Positions 19,326-27,686 of a stretch of DNA of 64,000 nucleotides are shown here, piece after piece; within the stretch, counting starts at the first letter, position 1, and the number at the start of each line of letters is the position of its first letter. The stretch comes from Candidatus Bathyarchaeota archaeon (GTDB taxonomy: Archaea; Thermoproteota; Bathyarchaeia; 40CM-2-53-6). Location of the stretch: the NCBI GenBank assembly GCA_963726255.1, contig CAVSBL010000002.1, positions 704,001 to 768,000 of the forward strand. The letters run 5' to 3'. Both the position numbers and the translations under genes were made by a program. The notes below the pieces were generated by a model, which was given only the letters and a program-made list of their open reading frames with translations, was not told where the DNA came from and did no database searches.

Positions 19326-19835
19326 TTAGGTCATTTCGGTAACGGTTACGTTCAGATTGCCCTCGAACAACTTGGAGACCCCAACCGTTTGTTGCTGTCC
19401 CCCCAGAAGAATTGTGATAGACACCCCCTTACCAGTCGCAAGTGTAAATTCTACGCTAGAGTCCAGGTTTGGTGAAGCAGGTGTCAACTCAGTTGTCGTT
19501 TTGTTGAACACCCAAGTGACGTTCGACACTACGAGGCGGACAGAATCATAGCTAGATATTGGCATCTGACTCGTTGCGAGCGGCTTGGTTGAATTAGTTA
19601 GGGAGACCAAGTCGATAACCTGTGACTGGTTGAATACTGACTTCCATCCAGCCGTGCTTGATTGTCCCTTCTCATGAAGCCATACGGCGTGAACTGTAAC
19701 ATATACATGATCGGCGTTGTCGACCTTCAAGGAGCCCAAAGCCACCGAAATGGTCCCCGTGGAGAGTGCGGGATAGACCAGAATAATCAATAGGATAACT
19801 ACTGACACTGCTGCAACAATTTGCTTTGAATTCAT
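19326..19835 (-). CDS. Membrane-anchored DUF4382-like protein
   Basis: N-terminal TM, then ADHVYVTVHAVWLH..GWKSV..IDLVSL..YDSVRLVVS. Confidence 0.65.
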   Translation of the reverse strand: MNSKQIVAAVSVVILLIILVYPALSTGTISVALGSLKVDNADHVYVTVHAVWLHEKGQSSTAGWKSVFNQSQVIDLVSLTNSTKPLATSQMPISSYDSVRLVVSNVTWVFNKTTTELTPASPNLDSSVEFTLATGKGVSITILLGGQQQTVGVSKLFEGNLNVTVTEMT

Positions 19836-19911
19836 CGCACATCGGCCCCCGCCCTATACCGAACATTTCCTTAAAAGCCTCATTACATGGGAAGGAAATC
19901 AGCCAATTGCA

Positions 19912-20679
19912 GTGGCTTCCTTGAATCTTGACGCGATAACCTCCGGAACCAAAAAGACCGAACTTGTCTATCTTCGAGATATGCGAAAGTGCCAGGACGA
20001 GGCTAACATCGTAAAGGTCGTCCCGGAAAAGCGGACTCATGCATACCTCATGCTAGATCGAACGATCTTTCATCCGAAGGGTGGTGGACAGCCCTCCGAC
20101 AAGGGAATCATATGCACATCAGAATTTGAATTAAGTGTGAAGAAAGCTCTGTACTACCGGGGCATCGTCGTTCATTGGGGGAAAATTCTCAGCGGCACGC
20201 CCAACGTCGGAGTTGCTACCTGCGAGATAGACTGGCCGTTCAGGCATTTGGTCATGCGTAAGCACACGGCCGCCCACTTGCTTGACCACTGCCTAGCCAT
20301 CGCGACTTCGAGCAATGTTGAGACTACAGACTCGTGGCTTGATGAACCCTGCTACGTTGGATACGTAGGCAATGCTCCCGACGAACAGACATTGCAACAA
20401 GTGGAGGCACAGGCGAACAAAATGATTACTTCTGGAGGCAGGGTTGCAATCGACTTTCTCACCCCTTCACAAGGTCGAGAGCTTCTTCAGAGCGCACCCA
20501 ATTTCGAGAGACTTCCTGACCTTGACGAGATTAGAACCGTGACGATAGCAGGCTGTGAACCGATTCCATGTGGCGGCACGCACGTAGCCGATATCGCGGA
20601 AATCGGGAAGATTTCGATCACGCGGGCGGAGCCAATGCCCAACCTTGCTTTCCGGCTCCATTTCTCGCTACAGGATTAG
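19912..20679 (+). CDS. alaX: Alanyl-tRNA editing protein AlaX (AlaX-M type)
   Basis: LDRTIFHPKGGGQPSDKG, RKHTAAHLL (HxxxH), PCGGTHV (CxxxH). Confidence 0.92.
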   Translation: MASLNLDAITSGTKKTELVYLRDMRKCQDEANIVKVVPEKRTHAYLMLDRTIFHPKGGGQPSDKGIICTSEFELSVKKALYYRGIVVHWGKILSGTPNVGVATCEIDWPFRHLVMRKHTAAHLLDHCLAIATSSNVETTDSWLDEPCYVGYVGNAPDEQTLQQVEAQANKMITSGGRVAIDFLTPSQGRELLQSAPNFERLPDLDEIRTVTIAGCEPIPCGGTHVADIAEIGKISITRAEPMPNLAFRLHFSLQD

Positions 20680-20927
20680 CGCTTCCGTGCTCTGGCACGC
20701 CGAGGTTTCGGGAACCGTCCGAATCGTTTGAGCACCTTATTGGGCGCGCGTTCGACTACGAGCCTCTTACCTGCAACTCTCACGTACAACTTCAAGGAAC
20801 CAGTCGTGAACGGGAAATTCGAATCCGTTGTCAGCTTTGTCGGTAGGTATATGCGCGGCGACTCGTACGTCCGTCCGTTCTGCATCCTCTTCTTGGTAAC
20901 CACGAAACTTGCTACAGCTTCTTTCAT
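20676..20927 (-). CDS. AbrB/SpoVT-like small DNA-binding protein
   Basis: RIYLPTKLTTDSNFPF..VRVAGKRLVVE; paralogous to 27510..27686. Confidence 0.7.
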   Translation of the reverse strand: MKEAVASFVVTKKRMQNGRTYESPRIYLPTKLTTDSNFPFTTGSLKLYVRVAGKRLVVERAPNKVLKRFGRFPKPRRARARKR

Positions 20928-21100
20928 TTGTAATCACTTCGGGTTCAAATTCGGATGCTTTTTCTGACGGAAAGAGCCTATAGTAGTTACAGGCACGAAT
21001 CAGTCAATTTCGCGGGTTCGGGCGACTAGTTCACCAGTGCCCTCGTGACAACGTTTAAAGAGGGATTAACAGTCCAAGTGAAATTTGCCGTGCCAGAGCT

Positions 21101-21529
21101 TTGATACATGTCACCATTTTTGTGACGAGCATGTCGGCTGAGCGTTTTTGGGAGATTGACCGGCCTATGCCTTCCCAAGTGCAAATAGGTGTGAACATAA
21201 ACATGCTCGACATTGAACAACGCCCCGACGGGGCCCTCGACGCTCCATTCCTTTTCACAGTTAATTTCACGCCTTCAATCGCGCAGATTAGCATCAAGGG
21301 AAAGGCGCGAATTTCGGGTGAAAGCGAGGAGACTAAGAAAATCGTTGAAGAACACAAGGCGCAAAAGCCCCCGCCCGTTCAACTCGTCCAAGCGGTCTCG
21401 AACGCGGCTATGGCGGACGCGATCTTGATTTCCAGAAGCCTCAACATCCCGCCACCTTTACCGCCGATTCCTCAACCACAAGCCCCACCTACGCAACCGA
21501 CCAAGAGCGACACGCGTTACACTGCTTAA
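21101..21529 (+). CDS. Conserved archaeal hypothetical protein (possibly SecB-like fold), Pro-rich tail
   Basis: PFLFTVNFTPSIAQISIKGKA..AILISRSLNIPPPLPP. The fold call is from memory of similar archaeal proteins. Confidence 0.65.
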   Translation: MIHVTIFVTSMSAERFWEIDRPMPSQVQIGVNINMLDIEQRPDGALDAPFLFTVNFTPSIAQISIKGKARISGESEETKKIVEEHKAQKPPPVQLVQAVSNAAMADAILISRSLNIPPPLPPIPQPQAPPTQPTKSDTRYTA

Positions 21530-21532
21530 TCC

Positions 21533-21547
21533 AAAAATTTTTTTTTT
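21533..21547. terminator. A5/T10 tract between convergent genes (archaeal oligo-T terminator)
   Basis: aaaaatttttttttt immediately after the 21529 stop and before the convergent 21575 stop. Confidence 0.55.
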
Positions 21548-21574
21548 ACGATACCCTCCAAAAAATTGGAGAGC

Positions 21575-22033
21575 CTAGTTCGCCTGCTTCGCCACCAGGT
21601 AATTGTCCCAGTAGGAGGCTATGTCTCTCAATCGATTTGCGAACTGGATGCTGAGTTTTGTCGGTTCGTTCCTATACTTCTTTTCCAGAAGCCCACTCCT
21701 GAGCATTGCCTTGTAGGTATCGCTGAGGGTTTGGGCGCTGATCTTCATCCGTTCTAGCACTTTGTGGTGTAGATCCCTCAGGTACATTGGCCGTTTCTCT
21801 TCAACCAGAATTTGAATTATCGCCTTAGCAACCCCTTGCTTCTTGACGCTGTGAGGGAAGAGTATTGTACAGAAGCTATCCAGGTCCACAATCTGGTTCA
21901 AGGTCGAATGCTTATCGATCTTGGGGAAGACCCATACCCATCGCTTCTGCCGTTCAGCGTAGTAATCTTCCCTAGCAATTCTTCCAATTCTTGGGCGTTC
22001 AAGGATATCAAACGACTTGGGACGATTAGCCAT
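21575..22033 (-). CDS. Putative winged-helix DNA-binding protein
   Basis: AKAIIQILVEEKRPMYLRDLHHKVLERMKISAQTLSDTYKAMLRSGLLEK has wHTH-like spacing. Confidence 0.65.
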   Translation of the reverse strand: MANRPKSFDILERPRIGRIAREDYYAERQKRWVWVFPKIDKHSTLNQIVDLDSFCTILFPHSVKKQGVAKAIIQILVEEKRPMYLRDLHHKVLERMKISAQTLSDTYKAMLRSGLLEKKYRNEPTKLSIQFANRLRDIASYWDNYLVAKQAN

Positions 22034-22679
22034 GAGGAATCAAATGGACACGGGACTCCGGAGAAGAAAGCAGTTCAGAACATAAAGCGCGACAGAAGCG
22101 ACGGGCTCGATCTGTAGAATTTGCTCAAACAACTCAATTCTGATACATATTGGGGGAAGCGGAATTTCCGTACCCTTAACCAATCTCTGATGGCTCTCAG
22201 AATTGGTGACCCCCTGCGGTAAAGAATCAAGACCACCACAACGAGTCGCTCGTCAACCGACGAATTCTTATCCCATGCAGAATAGGCCTGAAACGCACGA
22301 ATTTTCTGCAGCCGATAGTTGGAACTTTGCCAGCGACCGCACCGAGAAGATTCCCGACTTTTGGTAAGGTTCATAGCGGTAACGATATCAGGTCAATCAT
22401 CAGTGTGAGGCCCTCCACCACTTCGTCGACACCCTCTTTTCGTCGCCAAAACGAAGACGGCTTGAACCGACAAGCAACTCGCCGTAGTCGCAATGCTCGG
22501 ATCTCTCCCGTCTTCGCAAAGACGCTCAATGGGTTGGGTCTGCTACTTGAAATGTCGCGGAATATTTCGAGCGCGAGCGCTATGCCGAGACCCCTTCGAA
22601 GCTTGACCTTTGCCTTCGGGTGTTTCTGCCCTCCGATTAGTGGGCCACTGACGGGATTGGCCTTGACGTGATCCATCGT

Positions 22680-23430
22680 CGAAATTGGAATGATCGCTGG
22701 CGTCCCCCAGTCGTTCTGCAGGCCGGATTACAATTTCGTGTGATTCTCTGCGCGACAATTATCGGCCACTTCAATCAACCAGACTACAACGCGAGGTCTT
22801 TCCGTCTACTCGGCCCCATACTACTCAAGTCCCCCGGAAACCGCAAAATCAACCCCTCTTGACTCAGAAAACCGAGTCACCCCCCTGGGGGGTACCTCCA
22901 AGCGTGCGCGCACCGCCACCAGTGATAGACCCCTCAATCAAGCATTTGGGAGCTCACTGTAATCTTGCTCCAGAAAATCGAATCATGGACAATTGCTCCA
23001 CGAAACTGGAGATTGCTTTGCCCGGCCGGTGAAGACAAAACTGTTGTGACGGAAATTCGGGGTCAGATTCCTACGGACTTTGAGACGGAATCGACCACGC
23101 TAGCAAAAAGTTGTGGAAAAATCCGGGAAATAGGAAAAATCGAAAGAAAGCAGGAAAAGGAACGGAAGGAGAGAAAGGCAAGGAAAGCGGAGCCAGGTTC
23201 AGGGAGAGGAATGCCGAGGAAGAATAGAGTGGAGATGGCTGGAAAGGCAGTTGGCGGTTCCCATGGGTTAGTATGGGTGAGTATTGGACTTTCAGTCTAC
23301 ACTCTGCCCTGAAGGTTCCGCCAATGAATTTAGGGTGAGCATTTGATGAACCATGAAGGGATATTACCTGCTTCCTTATCTTGAGGCAGAAGAAAAGACC
23401 CTAACAAACGATGGCAAAGCTCGAGAATAG
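22680..23430. other. Long non-coding region with central C6-T-G6 palindrome and C-rich to G/A-rich strand switch (origin or regulatory hub candidate)
   Basis: ACCCCCC-T-GGGGGGT at 22879-22893, GACTC..GAGTC hairpin at 22861-22878, TTGCTCCA repeats at 22965 and 22993, purine tract at ~23110-23250. No convincing ORF. Confidence 0.35.
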
Positions 23431-23436
23431 AAGTCG

Positions 23437-23820
23437 GTGATGCAGTTCGTGGAGAAAACCAGTCGATGTATAATCTGTGGCCAAGAGTTATCGTACATCT
23501 TCGGTAGGCCTAGAAAGCTCTGCGGCAACAAATCTTGCTACCTAGAGTGGAAGAGACGCCGATATTCGAACCTTCAACTGATCGCCCGTAGCCGGCGTCT
23601 GTCGAGTGCCGACTTCGAGTACGCCGAACCAATATGCATCTGTGGAAGTGACCGCTTCGCATGGACAATGGAAGGCGTGTTCTGCCTCAAGTGCGGCCTC
23701 CAAGAGCCGCTTTTCTCGTTAGAACCGTGGGTTCCCGCTGAATTCGCTCCAAAACCAGTATGTACGTGCACCCAGATTTGCAAACAATCGTCGGCATACA
23801 AGCTATGGGTGCACGTTTAG
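23437..23820 (+). CDS. Cys-rich multi zinc-finger protein
   Basis: CIICG..GRPRKLCGNKSC, CICG..CLKCG, CTCTQIC. Confidence 0.65.
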   Translation: MMQFVEKTSRCIICGQELSYIFGRPRKLCGNKSCYLEWKRRRYSNLQLIARSRRLSSADFEYAEPICICGSDRFAWTMEGVFCLKCGLQEPLFSLEPWVPAEFAPKPVCTCTQICKQSSAYKLWVHV

Positions 23821-23934
23821 GCGGGACTTTTTGCCCACCCAAGTGAGTATTATATGAAGTTCTAGGCGCTGTTTCTGCGGCAGTGAGTGTTCTCAGCGAT
23901 TTCACGTGTTCAAATCGATTTGAATGCTGTTTAC

Positions 23935-24456
23935 CTATTCGTGGACTAGGCGGCCTTCACGGTCTATGCGACCTCGACGGATTCTGGTTGATGATATCGG
24001 GCGTTTGTCCTCTGCCATGATCAAATCGATGGGGTCGATGACTAGCGGTTTGAGGCCGTTGGCTCTACGCTTAGAGTTTATTTCGTAAGCTGTCTTGAGC
24101 GTGCGTCGGCTAACGACCAGCGCCTGAATCCGTGACTCGCGAACCGTTGGCTCGTAGCGGTCTTTAATGGGAACGATTCTTGCTCTGGACAAAACACCCC
24201 AACGAGAAAGCAATCGCTCAACGTCCCTTTTCCTCTTGGCATATGCGTCAAACTTGTGAGGCTTGTGCAGGGTCCTCGCAAAGTCATCACTGGTAATACC
24301 GATCATCACTCTGCGTCCGATGGTGAAGGCTTGTTTCAGGAGCTTTCTGTGCCCCCTGTGGAGAACATCGAATGTCCCGCCCACAGCAACGACACTGTAT
24401 CTCGGGTGGGGTCTTGCTCCGACTCCTCTCTGCTGTCGCTTTGTCCGCCGCACCAT
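23935..24456 (-). CDS. coaD: Phosphopantetheine adenylyltransferase (archaeal type)
   Basis: VAVGGTFDVLHRGHRKLL, IGITSD, INSKR..GLKPL, ISSTRIRRG.IDREG. Confidence 0.92.
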   Translation of the reverse strand: MVRRTKRQQRGVGARPHPRYSVVAVGGTFDVLHRGHRKLLKQAFTIGRRVMIGITSDDFARTLHKPHKFDAYAKRKRDVERLLSRWGVLSRARIVPIKDRYEPTVRESRIQALVVSRRTLKTAYEINSKRRANGLKPLVIDPIDLIMAEDKRPISSTRIRRGRIDREGRLVHE

Positions 24457-24494
24457 CGCAATGCAACGCCTCCGTTGCTGTTCTTGGAATGCAT

Positions 24495-25442
24495 TTAGTG
24501 CTTTGGATTGCTGGGCTCCACGAGGTGGACGCCTCGCGTATCCAGACTTCTCACGAAAATTGTAGCGGAGGGGAATGTTTTTCGGAGTTTCACAAGTGCG
24601 CGGTCGGCCTTATTTCTTGGCACAACTCCGTGGACAGCTTCGCCCAACATGTTCTGGGCTACTCCAACGGCGCCTGCCGAAATTACTGTTTCAATCAAAC
24701 GCGAAACAATGGGCGATTGGAAGCCAACGGTTTCACTGAAGTGCCGTGCTTCATCGAGAAAGGTCTGCAATTCCGGTCTTCTGCGGATATTATCCATCGC
24801 TTTCCGCGCAGCAGGATTCACCTTGCTTGCCAGGTCAGAGCGAGCGAGAGCTTCCCGTGTTGAGATCGGCCCGAGATAGGCGCAGATTAAGAGGTGATCC
24901 TGTGGGAACAGCAACCGATCGACTGATCCGATGCCTGGCGCCCCCGGCTCCGTGACTAGAACAAAACCGCCAGTCAGCAATGCCGACGCAGTTCCCAGCC
25001 CTGTCTTGTTTACAACTTCGGAAATGTGTGTAATGCGTCCTAAATCGTTTAGAGTCATCGGAATACTCGCAGCGTCGACCAACGCTAGACAGGATGCCAA
25101 GGTGCCTGCTGCACTTGTCCCGAAGCCAGCCCCAATGGGAACTCTGATTCTCAAATCCACACGAACGTCCAGAATGGCATTCTGTGTTTTCAGGATTTCA
25201 TCGATGGCCCATCGAGTGGTTCGTGCCTCCGGCGCGGGTTTTGAGTTGATACGGATATTGACCCGAGGCCGCGAGGTCATCCTGGTGACTATCTTTGCCG
25301 TCACGGCGGGGGAAATTGCGAATCCGCCACCCCTCGCACCTATTCGAGCGGGATCGTTGATCGGGTTCCCCGTGGCATCCGTATCACATACTTCAAAAAA
25401 GCTCGAGATGCCAGCCGGGCATGCTGCTTCCGTAACTGGCAA
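24495..25442 (-). CDS. Pantoate kinase (GHMP family)
   Basis: CPAGISSFF, IGARGGG, VPIGAGFGTSAAG, SEVVNKTGLG, QNMLGEAV; adjacent to coaD. Confidence 0.87.
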   Translation of the reverse strand: MPVTEAACPAGISSFFEVCDTDATGNPINDPARIGARGGGFAISPAVTAKIVTRMTSRPRVNIRINSKPAPEARTTRWAIDEILKTQNAILDVRVDLRIRVPIGAGFGTSAAGTLASCLALVDAASIPMTLNDLGRITHISEVVNKTGLGTASALLTGGFVLVTEPGAPGIGSVDRLLFPQDHLLICAYLGPISTREALARSDLASKVNPAARKAMDNIRRRPELQTFLDEARHFSETVGFQSPIVSRLIETVISAGAVGVAQNMLGEAVHGVVPRNKADRALVKLRKTFPSATIFVRSLDTRGVHLVEPSNPKH

Positions 25443-25460
25443 GAGCTTCGCCGGATGTAA

Positions 25461-26243
25461 CTAATGGCGCTGTGAACGACGTTGCATTCCCAGAAGGCTT
25501 GGAAACGCCGCTCGGCAGGCCGAGGCTACGGGCGGGGTCAATACGACCATGAATGGAATCTCGGTGAAGTAGTTCGAGGCTGCCGCTAGGTAAATGAAAG
25601 CGCCTGCCAAAGGTTTGGTTCCAAGACCGAGTATTATCGGAAGCCCGAAGATCGCGCTATAAGCCACCAGCCCTAGGCCAATTATTCCTGTGCCCAGCGC
25701 GAGCCCGATTGAGGCTGCAACCTCAAAATCGGCCCACCTGTTTCGAAGCACGAATAGTGCGATAACGGCGAAAACAACAACTAGGCCTGCGAACCCGAGG
25801 TATGAGGTCGAAGAACCCAATGCTGCTGCTCCGAAGAGTACGTACACACTGTAGACCAGCGCCAGAGCATAAGCTGGTTGAATGATCAGGCTCAATGATA
25901 GGAGGAGGCGCCTGACCAACGGTCGGAAATCGTGGTTCGGCAACCAGCCTATGATGAAGAAGCCAACAAAATTGGATGGAACGCCGACGAGCAGACTCAA
26001 CAGTGCATCGTGGTGTCCATAGATAACGTCTGCAAGAAAGATACCGATTGCAGCTCCCACGCCACCTACCCACGGACCAAAGAGCACGCTGAAAGTAGCC
26101 GGTACAAAGACCTGCGGCCAGAACCTTACTCCGAAAATTAGCAGTGGAAAGGCTGTCCAGAGAGCACCGATCCCTGCGTAGACAGCTGCGTTCATGGCAG
26201 TCATGACCAGCCGAAGTGACATCGGGTAGCTTCTGCTGCGCAT
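25461..26243 (-). CDS. ECF transporter S-component (QueT-like), probably for a CoA precursor
   Basis: AMNAAVYA..GVRFWPQVFVPATFSVLFGPWVGGVGAAIGIFLAD; multi-TM; co-oriented with pantoate kinase and coaD. Confidence 0.75.
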   Translation of the reverse strand: MRSRSYPMSLRLVMTAMNAAVYAGIGALWTAFPLLIFGVRFWPQVFVPATFSVLFGPWVGGVGAAIGIFLADVIYGHHDALLSLLVGVPSNFVGFFIIGWLPNHDFRPLVRRLLLSLSLIIQPAYALALVYSVYVLFGAAALGSSTSYLGFAGLVVVFAVIALFVLRNRWADFEVAASIGLALGTGIIGLGLVAYSAIFGLPIILGLGTKPLAGAFIYLAAASNYFTEIPFMVVLTPPVASACRAAFPSLLGMQRRSQRH

Positions 26244-26335
26244 TGTGAACCTATTTCCAACTCAGCACTGTCTGCTTATTCTAGCTTATCTTCGGAGTGC
26301 ATTGGATAGTATGACTGTTCGCCTAGCCCAACGAA

Positions 26336-26346
26336 ATCTTAAGATA
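26336..26346 (+). promoter_or_regulatory. TATA box of the tRNA-Gln gene
   Basis: atcttaagata about 30 nt upstream of the tRNA 5' end. Confidence 0.55.
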
Positions 26347-26373
26347 AGCCTGCTCGGCTCGCTTGTGCCCGGT

Positions 26374-26528
26374 AGCCCGGTGGTGTAGTGGTCAATCCAC
26401 AGGCGTGGGACTACGCATAGCATTGGCGCCAGATAACAGCCAATAGACGGCTCTGGATCCCTCCACCAAAAGGAGAAACCTGCCGACGGGAGATAAGCAA
26501 CACCCGAATTCGAATCTCCCCCGGGCTA
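26374..26528 (+). tRNA. tRNA-Gln(CUG) with four introns (21/22, 29/30, 37/38, 53/54); CCA encoded at 26529-26531
   Basis: Exons 26374-26395, 26415-26422, 26449-26456, 26478-26492 and 26509-26528 join to a 73-nt cloverleaf: AGCCCGG TG GTGT AGTGGTCAA GCAT A GCAGG CTCTGGA CCTGC CGAC GGGAG TTCGAAT CTCCC CCGGGCT A. Intron junctions form BHB/BHL-like motifs. Confidence 0.88.
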
Positions 26529-26656
26529 CCATTATGCACCGTGCTGTTGTCTAAACATTGGAGCATGCTGCTGTCGACTAACTACAATGTTGGGGGACGT
26601 TCTAATGTCGCGTCAGGTTTGTCGGGGAAGGGTAACGACCCTCCGGTAACCCGCAC

Positions 26657-27025
26657 TTATGGGGCCGAGGCTTCCGATTCCAAGTGGAAGTGATGCATGA
26701 ACCTGTGGATAATCGGCGCGAGTAGTACCCCCGCCACCACCAAGAATATGATGCCGGAGTACATTGCGTAGAAGGAGGCAAACAATTTCCCAGCCCTCGT
26801 GTGCAATTCATTCACAGGTCCCATGCCGCCAAGTATCATCGCTGCATTAAGGAGAGAGTCGAGCCATGAGAAACCTTCGAAAGTGTGGTATCCCACCACG
26901 CCAATTACCAGGGAGCTTCCGTCGATTAGGATAGCGATTGATGCGTATAGAGCCACGCGTTTCAAGAAAGCCGAGCGTGAAATCATGGCGTCTTTGTAGC
27001 GTTCGAACAAGGCCGTTCCACCCAC
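26657..27025 (-). CDS. Two-TM ion-channel pore-like protein with non-canonical filter (GGMG)
   Basis: TM-GYHTFEGFSWLDSLLNAAMILGGMGP-AGKLFASFYAMYSG-TM resembles KcsA topology but lacks TVGYG. Confidence 0.7.
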   Translation of the reverse strand: MGGTALFERYKDAMISRSAFLKRVALYASIAILIDGSSLVIGVVGYHTFEGFSWLDSLLNAAMILGGMGPVNELHTRAGKLFASFYAMYSGIIFLVVAGVLLAPIIHRFMHHFHLESEASAP

Positions 27026-27095
27026 CTCATGTGTCCCTATTTCTTAAGCAGGAGCCTTTATCATTCTGCGACGGCTCCAGTTTGACAGAACGTTA

Positions 27096-27353
27096 TTGCT
27101 GTTAATAGTAGGCCTCTTCTCCAAAGGCGACTTTTTCCCAGTCCAAGCCCTCGACCAAGTCGACTCTGTTTTAGCGACGGCCGGTTTCAAGAAGGAAGTC
27201 CGTTCCGTAGTGAAACCGGGAAAGGAGTTCTCGGTTACGTATGAAGGCCCGACTTTGGACAGAAGTCGGATCGAAGAAATGTTGAAGCCAGTGGCGGAGC
27301 AAAACCAGATTGGATTCTCTGTTGCGGTTGAGGAGTCAGTAAGATTCCCATAA
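27096..27353 (+). CDS. Hypothetical protein (small alpha/beta)
   Basis: Clean 85-aa ORF with normal composition. Confidence 0.6.
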   Translation: MLLIVGLFSKGDFFPVQALDQVDSVLATAGFKKEVRSVVKPGKEFSVTYEGPTLDRSRIEEMLKPVAEQNQIGFSVAVEESVRFP

Positions 27354-27509
27354 GCGAGCTAATCAGCTAGGACCCTCGTATCGTCGAGCATAGAGATGGC
27401 GGCGTGCTTTAGTTTTACTTAGCTCACCACCCCTGATTCTCCTCGGCCTCGTTAAATCCTCGAACAAAGGCAGTTGGAATGCATTGTTGATTGCATGGTG
27501 AATTATCAG

Positions 27510-27686
27510 ATGCTGGAAGGCTATGCGAAAATCATCCTACCAACGCGCAGCGACCGGAGCAAAACGGGAATTCTGTACATTCCTGCGGATATCGTCAAAG
27601 ACTCGTCGTTCCCATTCAACCCCGATCAAGAGGTCGTTGTGCGGATCGACGGCAGGCGCCTAGTTGTGGAGGTAGCGAAAGCATGA
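27510..27686 (+). CDS. AbrB/SpoVT/MraZ-fold small DNA-binding protein heading the crenactin operon
   Basis: MLEGYAKI..GILYIPADIVKDSSFPFNPDQEVVVRIDGRRLVVE. Its stop overlaps the crenactin ATG (ATGA, 27683-27686). Confidence 0.8.
   Translation: MLEGYAKIILPTRSDRSKTGILYIPADIVKDSSFPFNPDQEVVVRIDGRRLVVEVAKA

Noticed and set aside
22371-22676. 101-aa minus-strand ORF
   Set aside because: No recognisable motif. It cannot be supported or excluded, so it was left uncalled.
22960-23015. Canonical ORB elements
   Set aside because: TCCA-C-GAAAC spacing does not fit TCCA-N3-GAAAC, with no adjacent G-string or cdc6.
22965-23312. 115-aa Lys/Arg/Glu-rich ORF
   Set aside because: Its composition follows from the purine tract and there is no domain signal. 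Treated as spurious.
22034-23430. RNase P or SRP RNA
   Set aside because: No GAGGAAAGUCC or SRP helix-8 signature was found on either strand.
26509-27400. Integrated element at the tRNA-Gln 3' end
   Set aside because: No duplicated att copy of the tRNA end and no integrase were seen.
27491-27682. N-terminal extension of crenactin in the ORF track
   Set aside because: It overlaps the AbrB gene in another frame; crenactin homology starts at ATG 27683.
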